In this document: piece after piece, positions 1 to 8,858 of the stretch
Layout: each line of letters begins with the position of its first letter
Numbering within the stretch: the first letter of the stretch is position 1
DNA from: Actinomycetota bacterium
GTDB taxonomy: Bacteria > Actinomycetota > Acidimicrobiia > Acidimicrobiales > Ilumatobacteraceae
NCBI GenBank assembly: GCA_046091605.1
Contig: JBJTCB010000016.1
Span: forward strand, 2,593 to 66,592
Reading direction: 5' to 3'
Length of the DNA stretch: 64,000 nucleotides
The notes under the pieces: model-generated
Databases searched by the model: none
What the model saw: only the letters and a program-made list of their open reading frames with translations
What the model was told of the DNA's origin: nothing
Made by a program: the position numbers and the translations under genes

Positions 1-1347
1 AGTGCGTCGTCGCACGCACGAATTGCGGGTGCGTGCTCGATTGCGGCGGGTCTCGTCCATGCCGCGGCGATCGGGGTCCATGCCGAACACCCTGCAGCGG
101 CGCGCACGTTCGTGATGCTCGCGCTCGTGCAGGTGTGCTGGGGGCTTCTCGCAATGGCCCGGGGCGGCCGACTCGTGTCGGTGACGGGGATGTTCATCAA
201 CGCAGCAGCGATCGCGGGCTGGGCGCTCACGCGCACGGTGGGAATCGGGTTCATCGATGGTCTCGAGATCGCCGAGTCGCCCCAGCGCGCCGACACCGTG
301 TGTGCGCTGCTCGCGGCACTGTCGGCACTGTTCGTCATCATGCGCGGACCGATCGCCGACCGGATGTCGGCGAACATCGTTGCCTCGGGCACAGTGGTGC
401 TCGCGCTCACAACGGTTGGGCTCACGAGCGTGGGTGCCCATGATCACGGCCACGGAGATCCACTCGCCGAGTCGGCGTTCGTGATCGATGAGTCCGGTGC
501 GATCGTGTCGAAGGAGACCGGGGCCAACGCCGAATTCGACCTCGTGCCGAGCCCGTCGACCTCGGCAGAGGGCGACACATCCGATATCGCTGCAACAGGT
601 GCCGGTGCCTCGACGACGACCACCACCACGCGCCCAGTCACGGTCACCACGACCACTCTCACACCGAGGACCACGACCACGAGCCACCCCCACGCGACGA
701 CGCCCGCGGCCGCGCTCGCGGCGGCATCGGGGTGGCCGCGTGCCTGGGATCCCGGATCGGGACTCGACGTCATGTCCGGGGTGGGCGGGGTGAGTGCGGA
801 GCAGGAAGCCCGCGCGAAGGCCCTGGTCGCAGCAACGATGCGAGACCTGCCGACGTGGGCCGACCCGGCTGTCGCAGAAGCCGGCGGATGGAAGTCGATC
901 GGGGACGCATCCAGCGGCTACGAGCACTATGTGAACACCGCGCTCGTGAACGACGGGCGTTTCCTCGACACCAAGGCGCCCGAGTCGCTCGTCTACCGAG
1001 TGGAGAACGGTCGCAAGACCCTCGTGTCGGCCATGTTCATGGCACCCACCGGCACCCCGATGACCGATCCGACGCTGACTGAGTACGCCGGCCCGCTGAT
1101 GCAGTGGCACATCCACGACAACCTGTGCTTCACCCTCAATGCCGCCGGCAACGCGGTCGTCGTCGGTGTCACCGATGCCGCCGGGAACTGTCCGCTCTTG
1201 TCGGTGCGCCAGCGCAACGGGAGCGCGATGGTCCATGTTTGGATTGCACCCCATCCGTGCGGGCCGTTCGCCGCAGTCGAGGGGGTGGCCGCCGGGGTCG
1301 CCGCGGTGCCCGACGCGCAACGCCTCGATCTCTGCAGCCGCCACTGA
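1..1347 (+). CDS. Membrane-anchored protein, 5'-truncated by the window edge: hydrophobic N-terminal helices, His-rich HDHGHGD patch, Thr-rich linker, Cys-containing C-terminal domain of unknown function
   Basis: Frame 1 is open from nt 1, with no stop upstream of the ORF-track start at 112, so the gene probably begins outside the window. It has hydrophobic N-terminal segments, a GASTTTTTTRPVTVTTTTLTPRTTTT linker and a C-terminal WHIHDNLCF motif with conserved Cys. Stop is TGA 1345-1347. Confidence 0.6.
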   Translation, partial: SASSHARIAGACSIAAGLVHAAAIGVHAEHPAAARTFVMLALVQVCWGLLAMARGGRLVSVTGMFINAAAIAGWALTRTVGIGFIDGLEIAESPQRADTVCALLAALSALFVIMRGPIADRMSANIVASGTVVLALTTVGLTSVGAHDHGHGDPLAESAFVIDESGAIVSKETGANAEFDLVPSPSTSAEGDTSDIAATGAGASTTTTTTRPVTVTTTTLTPRTTTTSHPHATTPAAALAAASGWPRAWDPGSGLDVMSGVGGVSAEQEARAKALVAATMRDLPTWADPAVAEAGGWKSIGDASSGYEHYVNTALVNDGRFLDTKAPESLVYRVENGRKTLVSAMFMAPTGTPMTDPTLTEYAGPLMQWHIHDNLCFTLNAAGNAVVVGVTDAAGNCPLLSVRQRNGSAMVHVWIAPHPCGPFAAVEGVAAGVAAVPDAQRLDLCSRH

Positions 1348-1365
1348 CGCGGGGGCGACGGTGAG

Positions 1366-1551
1366 GTGCTCGACGTCGATGTTCAGGGAATCAGGAAGAT
1401 CTCGGCCCACCTGTTGAGGGCCTGTTGGGCGCCCTTCTTCGAGTTCGACACCATCTGGGTGGCGCGGCAGCTCTGGAGAAGGGCTCGTATCAACTCGTCT
1501 GCAACATCGCGGGGCACTATGCGCAGGGAATGTGGGCCGGCTTCACCGTAA
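1366..1551 (+). pseudogene. Decayed cupredoxin (type-1 blue copper protein) remnant
   Basis: Frame 0 at nt 1482-1550 reads GSYQLVCNIAGHYAQGMWAGFTV, a C-x4-H-x4-M copper-loop signature as in auracyanin and rusticyanin. Frame 1 at 1366-1416 reads VLDVDVQGIRKISAHLL, which resembles the first His-ligand strand. The only start (GTG 1366) and the nearest stop (TAA 1549-1551) are in frame 1. The whole region (~61 codons) is too short for an intact cupredoxin. Confidence 0.4.
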
Positions 1552-1571
1552 ATCAGCGGTGTCGCGGTGCC

Positions 1572-3173
1572 TCACGCAGGTGCGAGCACGAATCCCTCGT
1601 AGCCGGACTCGGCGACCTGCTGGCACCGCTCCGCATACGCGGGAAAGCCGATCAAGGGCATGAACACGCGTGGTTTCCCCTCGACATTGGCGCCGAGATA
1701 CCAACTGTTGCAGCGCGGATACAGCGTGAAATCGGCGATCGTGTTCACGTGGGCGACCCATTCGCGCTGGTGGTCCTCGGTCGTCTCGATCGAGGCGACA
1801 CCGGTGCGCGAGAGGTGCCCGATGCACGAGGTGATCCACTCCACGTGCTGCTCGATCGACACGATCATGTTCGTGAGCACCGACGGACTGCCGGGGCCAG
1901 AGACCATGAACATGTTGGGGAACCCGGCCGTGGAGAGCCCCAGGTAGGTGACAGGGCCCGCCTCCCACGCCTCGGCGAGGGGTCTTCCGTCACGACCGCG
2001 GATGTCGACGTTGAGGAGCGATCCGGTCATCGCGTCGAACCCGGTCGCATAGACGAGGGCATCGAACTCATGGGCGACACCCCCGGTGACGAGACCCGTG
2101 GCGGTGATGCGCTCGATCGGTGTTGCCGAGACATCGACGAGGGTCACGTTCCCGCGGTTGAACGTCTCGTAGTAGCCGGTGTCGAGGCACAACCTCTTGC
2201 AGCCGATCACCTGGGTGGGCATCAACAGATCGGCGGTGGCCGGATCCTTCACGATCGACCGGATCTTGTCGCGCACGAAATCGGCGAGCACGTCGTTCGA
2301 GTCCTTGTTGAGGAGGAAGTCGTTGAACGACGACATGAACGCGAATCCGCCCTCTTCCCATCGGCGCTCGAACTCCGCGCGGCGCTCCTCGTCGCTCGCC
2401 GTCAGCACGGAGGTCTCCCCGCGTTGGATGCGCGAGCCGAACCCGCCCTGTTGGAGTCGGTTCGCGGCGCGGAACTCGGGGTAGTGGGACTTCACCTCTG
2501 CGACGTAGTGCGCATCGATCGAGTCGTTGCGGGCCGGCACCGAGTACGTGGCGGTGCGCTGGAACACGGTCAGGTGGGCGGCCTGCTCGGCGACGATCGG
2601 GATGCTCTGGATGGCCGAGGACCCCGTGCCGATGAGACCGACTCGCTTGCCGGCGAAGTCGACACCCTCGTGGGGCCACTTGCCCGTGTGGTAGCTCGGA
2701 CCGGCGAACGTCTCGGCACCCGGGAACGCGGGAATGTTCGCCGACGACAGGCATCCCGTTGCCATGACGAGGAAACGGGACACGACCGTCTCGCCCGCAT
2801 CGGTGGTGACGACCCAGGTGGAGGACTCCTCGTCGAAGTGGGCCGAAACCACGCGGGTGGAGAAGGTGATGTCGCGCCGCAATTCGAACCGGTCGGCCAC
2901 GTGACGTGCGTAGTCGAGGATCTCGGGCTGGGCCGCGTAGCGCTCCGTCCAGTTCCACTCCTGCTCGAGGGCCTCGTCGAAGGAGTACGAGTACTCGACG
3001 CTCTCGACATCGCAACGCGCACCGGGGTACCGATTCCAGTACCAGGTGCCGCCGACATCATCGCCGGCCTCGAAGACGCGCACACTGAGGCCCTCGGCGC
3101 GGGTGCGATGGATCATGTAGAGCCCGGCGAAACCGGCACCCACCACGACGACGTCGACGTCTGCTCGTTTCAT
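1572..3173 (-). CDS. Baeyer-Villiger (flavin-containing, type I) monooxygenase
   Basis: 533 aa. It has the N-terminal FAD fold VVVGAGFAGL, the BVMO fingerprint FAGPSYHTGKWP, a second dinucleotide fold GLIGTGSSA and GGTWYWNRYPGARCD. Confidence 0.9.
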   Translation of the reverse strand: MKRADVDVVVVGAGFAGLYMIHRTRAEGLSVRVFEAGDDVGGTWYWNRYPGARCDVESVEYSYSFDEALEQEWNWTERYAAQPEILDYARHVADRFELRRDITFSTRVVSAHFDEESSTWVVTTDAGETVVSRFLVMATGCLSSANIPAFPGAETFAGPSYHTGKWPHEGVDFAGKRVGLIGTGSSAIQSIPIVAEQAAHLTVFQRTATYSVPARNDSIDAHYVAEVKSHYPEFRAANRLQQGGFGSRIQRGETSVLTASDEERRAEFERRWEEGGFAFMSSFNDFLLNKDSNDVLADFVRDKIRSIVKDPATADLLMPTQVIGCKRLCLDTGYYETFNRGNVTLVDVSATPIERITATGLVTGGVAHEFDALVYATGFDAMTGSLLNVDIRGRDGRPLAEAWEAGPVTYLGLSTAGFPNMFMVSGPGSPSVLTNMIVSIEQHVEWITSCIGHLSRTGVASIETTEDHQREWVAHVNTIADFTLYPRCNSWYLGANVEGKPRVFMPLIGFPAYAERCQQVAESGYEGFVLAPA

Positions 3174-3209
3174 CGAACCCCCCGGTGCAACTACCCGACG
3201 GGTCCAACC

Positions 3210-4847
3210 TTAGTTTCCGCGCTTCGGGCCGCTCCGAGCCGAGGGGCGATCGCTGCGGCGGTCCGAACGGCCTCCGCGCTCGTTGGAACGTCGGTCGTCT
3301 CGGCGGGGCGAGGCACCGCTGCGGGCACCGTCCCGGCGGTCGTCGCGTCGACGCGGGCCATCTCCTCTGGGGCCATCCGCGCGTGAGTCCTGCGTCCTCG
3401 GACCGGTCCCCACTGGGCGCCGGTCGTCTCGCCGGTCGTCGCGTCGGTCGTCCCGGCGCTCCGAACGGGGATCGTCCCGACGTTCGCGGCGGTCATCGAA
3501 TCGGCGGTCATCACGCCGATCATCGCGGCGATCATGGTTCCGCCCCTGGCGGCGGCCACCGCCACTGTTGCCACGCGGGCCGTTTCCGCGACCGCGTGCC
3601 TGGGCCGGGCGGCGCTCCTCGAGATCGGGCATCTCGCGCACCTCGCGCTCGCCGGGTGCAACCACGGTGAGCATCTCGTCGCCCGGCGCCACGTCGTGGT
3701 GCTCGGGGGCGATGCCCGCGTCCTTGGCGAGGCGGCGCGCGTGGCGCTTGGTCGCATCCGTCACGATCGTGATCACGTTTCCGGCCGCGCCGGCACGCGC
3801 GGTGCGACCCGAGCGGTGGAGGACCGCCTTGTGCTCCTCGGGCGGATCGGCATGGATCACGAGAGCGATGTCGTCGACATGGATTCCGCGTGCGGCGATG
3901 TCGGTGGCGACCAACGTGTCGACTCCCCGTCCGGCGAAGGCGGCGAGGTTGCGGGCACGGATGTTCTGGGAGAGATCACCGTGCAGTTCCACGCTCGGCA
4001 CACCGGCCTTGACCAACGCGGCCGCGAGCTTGCGTGCCCCGTGCTTGGTCCGGGTGAACACGAGCGACTTGCCCGGTGCCGCGCAGAGGTCGGCGATCAC
4101 ATCGAGGCGACGATCCTGGGACACCTTGAAGAAGTAGTGGGCCGCGGGCGGACCGTCGTTGTCGTCGGTAGAGATCTCGTGCACCACGGGGTCGACGAGG
4201 TAGCGGCGCACGACCTTGTCGATGCCGCGGTCGAGCGTGGCCGAGAAGAGCAGACGCTGTGCGTCCTCGGGGGTCTCATCCAGCAGGCGCGTGACGTCCT
4301 CGAGGAATCCGAGTTCTGCCATGTGGTCGGCTTCGTCGAGCACGCACACGTCGATGCGCGAGAGATCGACGTTGTTCGACTGCACATGGTCGAGCATGCG
4401 ACCGGGGCAGGCCACCACGATGTCGACACCGTCACGGAAGGCACCGATCTGCTTTCCGTACCCGACTCCGCCGTAGACCACGGTGGTGCGCAGCGACACG
4501 GCGCGGGCGAGCGGGGCGATGACGTCGCGCACCTGGTTGGCGAGCTCGCGCGTCGGAACCAGCACGAGCGCGCGGGGCGCGGTGCGGCGACCGGGGCGGT
4601 CGGAGGTCCCGGAGGCGAGGCGCGACACGAGGGGGAGGGCGAAGGCGAGCGTCTTGCCCGAACCGGTGCGGCCCTTGCCGAGCACGTCCCGTCCACTGGC
4701 GGCGTCATCGAACGTCGCATCCTGGATGGGGAAGCAGGTGGTCAGGCCCTGCCGCTCGAGCTCCGCGACGATCTCGGGGGCGAGATCGAGGTCGGCAAAT
4801 GATCGGGATGCGCGGTCGAGCACGACCGCGCCGGAATCGGCACCCAT
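3210..4847 (-). CDS. DEAD-box ATP-dependent RNA helicase with a long Arg/Asp-rich C-terminal tail
   Basis: Motif I GKGRTGSGKT, motif II VLDEADHM, motif III FSATL and motif VI HRSGRTARAG. The C-terminal ~130 aa are RRDDRRDD-type low complexity. RBS GGAGAA lies upstream of ATG 4847. Confidence 0.92.
   Translation of the reverse strand: MGADSGAVVLDRASRSFADLDLAPEIVAELERQGLTTCFPIQDATFDDAASGRDVLGKGRTGSGKTLAFALPLVSRLASGTSDRPGRRTAPRALVLVPTRELANQVRDVIAPLARAVSLRTTVVYGGVGYGKQIGAFRDGVDIVVACPGRMLDHVQSNNVDLSRIDVCVLDEADHMAELGFLEDVTRLLDETPEDAQRLLFSATLDRGIDKVVRRYLVDPVVHEISTDDNDGPPAAHYFFKVSQDRRLDVIADLCAAPGKSLVFTRTKHGARKLAAALVKAGVPSVELHGDLSQNIRARNLAAFAGRGVDTLVATDIAARGIHVDDIALVIHADPPEEHKAVLHRSGRTARAGAAGNVITIVTDATKRHARRLAKDAGIAPEHHDVAPGDEMLTVVAPGEREVREMPDLEERRPAQARGRGNGPRGNSGGGRRQGRNHDRRDDRRDDRRFDDRRERRDDPRSERRDDRRDDRRDDRRPVGTGPRTQDSRADGPRGDGPRRRDDRRDGARSGASPRRDDRRSNERGGRSDRRSDRPSARSGPKRGN
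3419..3454 (-). repeat. Imperfect 12-nt tandem repeat x3 inside the helicase tail (encodes RRDD units)
   Basis: Plus strand reads GCCGGTCGTCTC / GCCGGTCGTCGC / GTCGGTCGTCCC. It is in frame (multiple of 3) and translates on the minus strand to DRRDDRRDDRR. Confidence 0.8.
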
Positions 4848-4984
4848 GGGGGGTTCTCCTTGTATCGGTCACAGATACCGATGCGTACCCATGGACGCAC
4901 CACGAAGGTGCCCCGGCACGCTATCGGGGAATCGACGGTTCCGTGCGGATGCCGATTCGATGTGACTCCGAATCGATCAACGAG

Positions 4985-6400
4985 TCAACGGGGCCAACCG
5001 CGAGCGTGCCGCGGCCACGGAGATGTCTGCTCCCAGATGCGTGCGAGTCGGAGGCAGATGTCTTCTCTGTGTCGGGGTGCGTTGATCATCAACCCGATGG
5101 GGAGTCCCTCGCTCGTGAGGCCCGCGGGGAGACTGATCGCGGGAAGGTTCGCGATGTTGGCGAGCATCGTCAGCAAGGCGGCATGTCCACCGTGGCAGGG
5201 GCGCCCCGCGATCTCTGTGGGCATCGGGCCCTCGGCCGCGAACGGTGCACAGGCATTCGTGGGAGTGAGGATCACGTCGACGTGGTCGAAGATCTCGGCG
5301 ATGCGCATCTCGAGTCGGCGCCGTTCCTTCTCGACCCGGGCGAACCGGGGCAAGGTGACCTCGCGGGTGCGGCGCCATCCCTCCACGGTGCGGGGGTCGA
5401 GTTCGTCGAGACGACTCTCCCACCCATCCGGCACGGAGACGAACTTGTCGGCGCCCTCCATCAGCACATAGATGCCGATGTAATCCTCGATGCCCAGGTC
5501 GGTGTCCACGCGCTCCATGCCGGCGGCCGCGATCAACCGATCGGCGGCGGCGCCACAGATCGCGGCGACCTCGGGATCGACAGTGACGAATCCGAGATCG
5601 CTCGACCATGCCGCGCGAAGACCCGCGACATCGAGTTCCTCGATGATGCGTGAGTACGACAGTCCCGGCGCGGGCAGCGATGTGCGATCGCGGGCGTCCG
5701 GCCCGACGGCGATGTCGAACAGCAGTGCCGTGTCGGTCACCGTGGTCGCCAGGGCGAAGTTCACCGCGTTCTGGGCGTGCCGTGTCACGCCGAACGTGGG
5801 CACGCGGCCATACGTGGGTTTCAAGCCCGGCAGATTGCAGGAGCTCGCCGGACCACGGATCGAGCCACCACCATCGCTCGCCGTGCCGAAGGGGATCACG
5901 CCCGCCGACACCGATGCCGCTGTCCCTCCGCTCGATCCGCCCGGAGTGCGCGAGGTGTCCCACGGGTTTCGGGTCACTCCCAACAACGGGCTCGCGGTGT
6001 AGCCCCACGCGCCGAACTCGGGGGTCGCGGTCTTGCCGATCGGGATTGCGCCCGCCGCACGGAAGCGACCGACATGAATGTCGTCGATGGTCGCGGCCGG
6101 TCCGTTGGCGAACCAACGAGAACCCATGGTGGTGGGCATTCCGGCGCACTCCTCGAGATCCTTCACGCCGAAGGGCACACCCGCCAGCGGGGGAAGCGTC
6201 GCACCGGCGCGTCGCGCGGCATCCACCTCGTCGGCGGCACGCAGTGCACCCCCGTCATCGAGGTGCACGAAGGCATTCAGGTCGTCCTGTGATTCGCGTG
6301 CGGCCTCCAGTGCGGCCTCCACGACCTCGCGTGCCGAGACCTCGCCCCGGCTGATCGCGGCCGCAACGGAGACGGCGTCCATGACTTCGCGCTGCACCAT
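4985..6400 (-). CDS. Amidase (amidase-signature family, GatA-like)
   Basis: 471 aa with the AS-family Gly/Ser-rich core RTPGGSSGGTAASVSAG and GVPFGVKDL. Confidence 0.85.
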   Translation of the reverse strand: MVQREVMDAVSVAAAISRGEVSAREVVEAALEAARESQDDLNAFVHLDDGGALRAADEVDAARRAGATLPPLAGVPFGVKDLEECAGMPTTMGSRWFANGPAATIDDIHVGRFRAAGAIPIGKTATPEFGAWGYTASPLLGVTRNPWDTSRTPGGSSGGTAASVSAGVIPFGTASDGGGSIRGPASSCNLPGLKPTYGRVPTFGVTRHAQNAVNFALATTVTDTALLFDIAVGPDARDRTSLPAPGLSYSRIIEELDVAGLRAAWSSDLGFVTVDPEVAAICGAAADRLIAAAGMERVDTDLGIEDYIGIYVLMEGADKFVSVPDGWESRLDELDPRTVEGWRRTREVTLPRFARVEKERRRLEMRIAEIFDHVDVILTPTNACAPFAAEGPMPTEIAGRPCHGGHAALLTMLANIANLPAISLPAGLTSEGLPIGLMINAPRHREDICLRLARIWEQTSPWPRHARGWPR

Positions 6401-6457
6401 GGGCGCACCATAGTTCCGTCGCCGAACGCCCGAATCCGGGCCCGTTGGTCCGCTCCC

Positions 6458-6859
6458 CTAGGGGTGGAGCGTCACCTTGATCGCGCACCCCGTGTCGTCG
6501 TCATTGCGGCCGCGGCGGGTGATCTTGCGTGCGGCCTCGGTGGCGAGGAGCAACACCCATCCGATCCTGTACTTGGACTTCACCAGCGACTCGATCGTGG
6601 CGGTCTGATCGGCTGGCAGCACGACGGCTGCTCCCTCGAAGATCTCGGCGCCGTCGGCGACGCGCCCGCGCACGTCGCACACCTGCAGGGTGCATCGGGC
6701 GTCGTTGCGCAGTCTCTTGACCTTGCCCGATTTCAGATCCGAGGTGAATGCCCAGCCACGATCGAACGGCACGATCCAGACCGCGGTGGGAACGGGCGTG
6801 CCGTTCCTGCGGTACGTAGTGAACGAGACATAGCGGGCGTTCTCGAGTGCCGAGGTCAT
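6458..6859 (-). CDS. PPOX-class (pyridoxamine 5'-phosphate oxidase-like, probably F420/FMN-binding) small protein
   Basis: I trimmed the ORF-track entry 6458..7024 to the internal ATG at 6859 (MTSALENARYVSFTTYRRNGTPVPTAVWIV...), because the upstream part runs through tRNA-Pro. The YVSFTTxRRNGxPVxTxVW pattern is typical of the split-barrel family. Confidence 0.7.
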   Translation of the reverse strand: MTSALENARYVSFTTYRRNGTPVPTAVWIVPFDRGWAFTSDLKSGKVKRLRNDARCTLQVCDVRGRVADGAEIFEGAAVVLPADQTATIESLVKSKYRIGWVLLLATEAARKITRRGRNDDDTGCAIKVTLHP

Positions 6860-6916
6860 GGTGGGGTGCTCCTGGTCGGTCCGGCTCCTGGGCCGGTCGG
6901 TTCGTCGTGGCCTGTC

Positions 6917-6992
6917 TGGTCGGGGAGGGGGGACTTGAACCCCCGGCCTCCTGCTCCCAAAGCAGGCGCGCTGCCAACTGCGCCACTCCCCG
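6917..6992 (-). tRNA. tRNA-Pro (anticodon UGG), CCA encoded
   Basis: The reverse complement folds as a cloverleaf: acceptor CGGGGAG/CUCCCCG, D stem GCGC/GCGC, anticodon stem CCUGC/GCAGG with loop UUUGGGA, T arm GGGGG-UUCAAGU-CCCCC, discriminator A plus CCA. Length is 76 nt. Confidence 0.93.
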
Positions 6993-7030
6993 TGGTCGGG
7001 GAGAACGCTACCCCTGTCATGCACGAGGGT

Positions 7031-7306
7031 TCAGGAGTTCGCGGCACGTTTGGCCGCGCGTGCGAGTCGCTTCGCCGCGCGACCGATCGGGGTCAGCGTG
7101 CGGTGGTCGAGGTCGCCGACCTCCTCGCCGTTCACGAACAACACCCGGTAGCGCAGCCAGTTGAAGCCGTTCGCCAGGATGACCTTGCCCTCGGTGCCCG
7201 CGGGCACGCCGTCGAGGTCCACCGATGCCGTCACCTTGTCGCCGACCTTCAGGTCGATCTGGCCCTCGTGCGGGTTCGCGAGGGAGTGGGGCTTCCAGAG
7301 GGTCAT
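7031..7306 (-). CDS. Small hypothetical protein (91 aa) with a basic C-terminal tail
   Basis: Start is the internal ATG of ORF 7031..7345 (MTLWKPHSLANPHEGQIDLKVGD...). Composition looks coding, but I recognise no family. Confidence 0.5.
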   Translation of the reverse strand: MTLWKPHSLANPHEGQIDLKVGDKVTASVDLDGVPAGTEGKVILANGFNWLRYRVLFVNGEEVGDLDHRTLTPIGRAAKRLARAAKRAANS

Positions 7307-7335
7307 TGCCCCATTCTTATACGCCGACGAGAGCG

Positions 7336-7374
7336 CCGGGCACACTGCCCGGTGTCACACTGCCCGGCTGTGTG
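7336..7374. promoter_or_regulatory. Repeat/inverted-repeat cluster in the divergent spacer upstream of tig (candidate operator)
   Basis: CACACTGCCCGG occurs twice (7341-7352 and 7356-7367, period 15). The first copy sits inside a 7-bp inverted repeat, CCGGGCA-CAC-TGCCCGG (7336-7352). The second forms CACAC-N9-GTGTG (7356-7374). Confidence 0.3.
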
Positions 7375-7472
7375 TTCCCGGTCCGAGCCGGTTCCGGTCG
7401 AAGTGGTGCTCCTGTGAGCGCTCCGTGCCGACTCGGCGAGCGTGTTCGGGCCGCCGATACACTTCGCGCCCT

Positions 7473-8858
7473 GTGAAAAGCACGCTCGAAGCCCTCGAGG
7501 GCAACCAGGTCAAGCTCTCCATCGAGGTGGACGAGTCCGAGTTCGATCGGAACATCGACAAGGCCTTCAAGAAGATCGCCGCCCAAGTCCGCATCCCCGG
7601 GTTCCGTCCCGGCAAGGCACCCCGCAAGTTGCTCGAGGTTCAGATCGGTGTCGGAGCCGCCCGCGCCCAGGCGCTCGAGGACGCGATCCCGGAGTACCTC
7701 ACCCTCGCGGTGCGCGAGCACGAGGTCGACCTCATCGCCACCCCGAAGGTGGAACTGGTCGAGGGGCAGGAGTCGGGCACGGTCAAGTTCGACGCCACCT
7801 GCGAGGTGCGTCCCGAGATCACCCTCCCCGGCTACGAGGGTCTGCGCGTCGAGATCGTCAGCCCGGAACTCTCCGACGACGAGATCGACGAGGCGGTCCA
7901 GTCCGAGCTCCGTCGTCGCGGAACACTCGCCGATGTCGATCGACCCGCCCAGAGCGGTGATCACGTCGTGCTCGACCTCGAGGGCACACGTGACGGACAG
8001 CCGGTCCCCGGTCTGAACGTCGACGAGTGGACCTATGAGATCGGTCGCGGTTGGGTCGCGGCCGGATTCGACGACCAGATCACCGGCGCCAAGCAGGGCG
8101 ACAAGATGTCGTTCACCCTCGTGCCGAACGGGTCCGAGGAGGCCGCCGACTTCACCGTCAAGGTTGTCAAGGTGCAAGAGATCGTCGTGCCCGAGGTCGA
8201 CGACGAGTGGGTGGCGCAGAACATCACCGACGCCGAGACGGTGGCCGAGTGGCGCGAGATGATCCGCACCCGCTACGAGGAGATGCGCGCGAACCAGATG
8301 CGCTCGACGCTGGTCGATCGCCTGACCGATTCGCTCGCACAACTCGTCGCGATCGACCCGCCCGAGTCGATGGTGCAGGGCGACCTCCAGGCGCGGTTCC
8401 AGAACACCGTGCAGCAGATGCAGGCACAGGGCATCCCGCTCGAGCAGTGGCTGCAGGTCACCGGGCAGGACCCCGACTCGTTCGTGGCCGGCTTGAAGGA
8501 GCAGTCCGAGAAGGCCGTGCGCGTCGACCTCGCACTGCGTGCGGTCGCGGTGGCGCGCGGGATCGAGATCCCCGAGGCCGATCTCGAGGCCGAGTTCGCC
8601 GCGATCGCGACGCGTGTCGGCGAGACGACAGCCAAGGTGCGCAAGCTCTACGAGAAGAACGACGCGGTGGGCGACCTGGTGTGGCAGATGCGCAAGTCCC
8701 AGGCGCTCGACTGGCTCCTCCACAACGTGACCTACGTGGACCAGAATGGTCAGGTCATGGATGTCGACGACGTGCTCGGCCCCGACCAGGTGCGCGACCA
8801 CGACGATCATTCCGACGACGATTATTCCCACGACCAGACCGCGGAGGACGCACAGTGA
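7473..8858 (+). CDS. tig: Trigger factor
   Basis: Start is GTG 7473, in frame with ORF 7161..8858. The product reads [24 protein letters not shown]...[15 protein letters not shown] (ribosome-binding GFRxGxxP motif), with a PPIase and C-terminal arm and an acidic tail. Confidence 0.9.
   Translation: MKSTLEALEGNQVKLSIEVDESEFDRNIDKAFKKIAAQVRIPGFRPGKAPRKLLEVQIGVGAARAQALEDAIPEYLTLAVREHEVDLIATPKVELVEGQESGTVKFDATCEVRPEITLPGYEGLRVEIVSPELSDDEIDEAVQSELRRRGTLADVDRPAQSGDHVVLDLEGTRDGQPVPGLNVDEWTYEIGRGWVAAGFDDQITGAKQGDKMSFTLVPNGSEEAADFTVKVVKVQEIVVPEVDDEWVAQNITDAETVAEWREMIRTRYEEMRANQMRSTLVDRLTDSLAQLVAIDPPESMVQGDLQARFQNTVQQMQAQGIPLEQWLQVTGQDPDSFVAGLKEQSEKAVRVDLALRAVAVARGIEIPEADLEAEFAAIATRVGETTAKVRKLYEKNDAVGDLVWQMRKSQALDWLLHNVTYVDQNGQVMDVDDVLGPDQVRDHDDHSDDDYSHDQTAEDAQ

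Noticed and set aside
1425-3386. 653-aa plus-strand ORF
   Set aside because: Apart from its first ~40 codons, which carry the cupredoxin-like motif reported separately, it is the antisense shadow of the well-supported Baeyer-Villiger monooxygenase gene. Its composition is the Arg/Gly/Asp-rich pattern typical of out-of-frame high-GC DNA.
6860-7024. N-terminal extension of the PPOX-like ORF
   Set aside because: It runs through tRNA-Pro. The internal ATG at 6859 gives a normal-length split-barrel protein.
7161-7472. N-terminal extension of the tig ORF (and similarly 8051-8854 for clpP, 12214-12657 for mreB, 17242-17508 for rodA, 34687-35055 for the PEP-mutase-family gene)
   Set aside because: The extensions overlap upstream genes out of frame and are compositionally non-protein-like. 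Conserved N-termini begin at the internal starts given in the feature list.
7307-7472. ClgR-type operator (CGC-N5-GCG with flanking A/T) upstream of tig-clpP
   Set aside because: I could not find a convincing match by eye. The repeats present (CACACTGCCCGG) are different.
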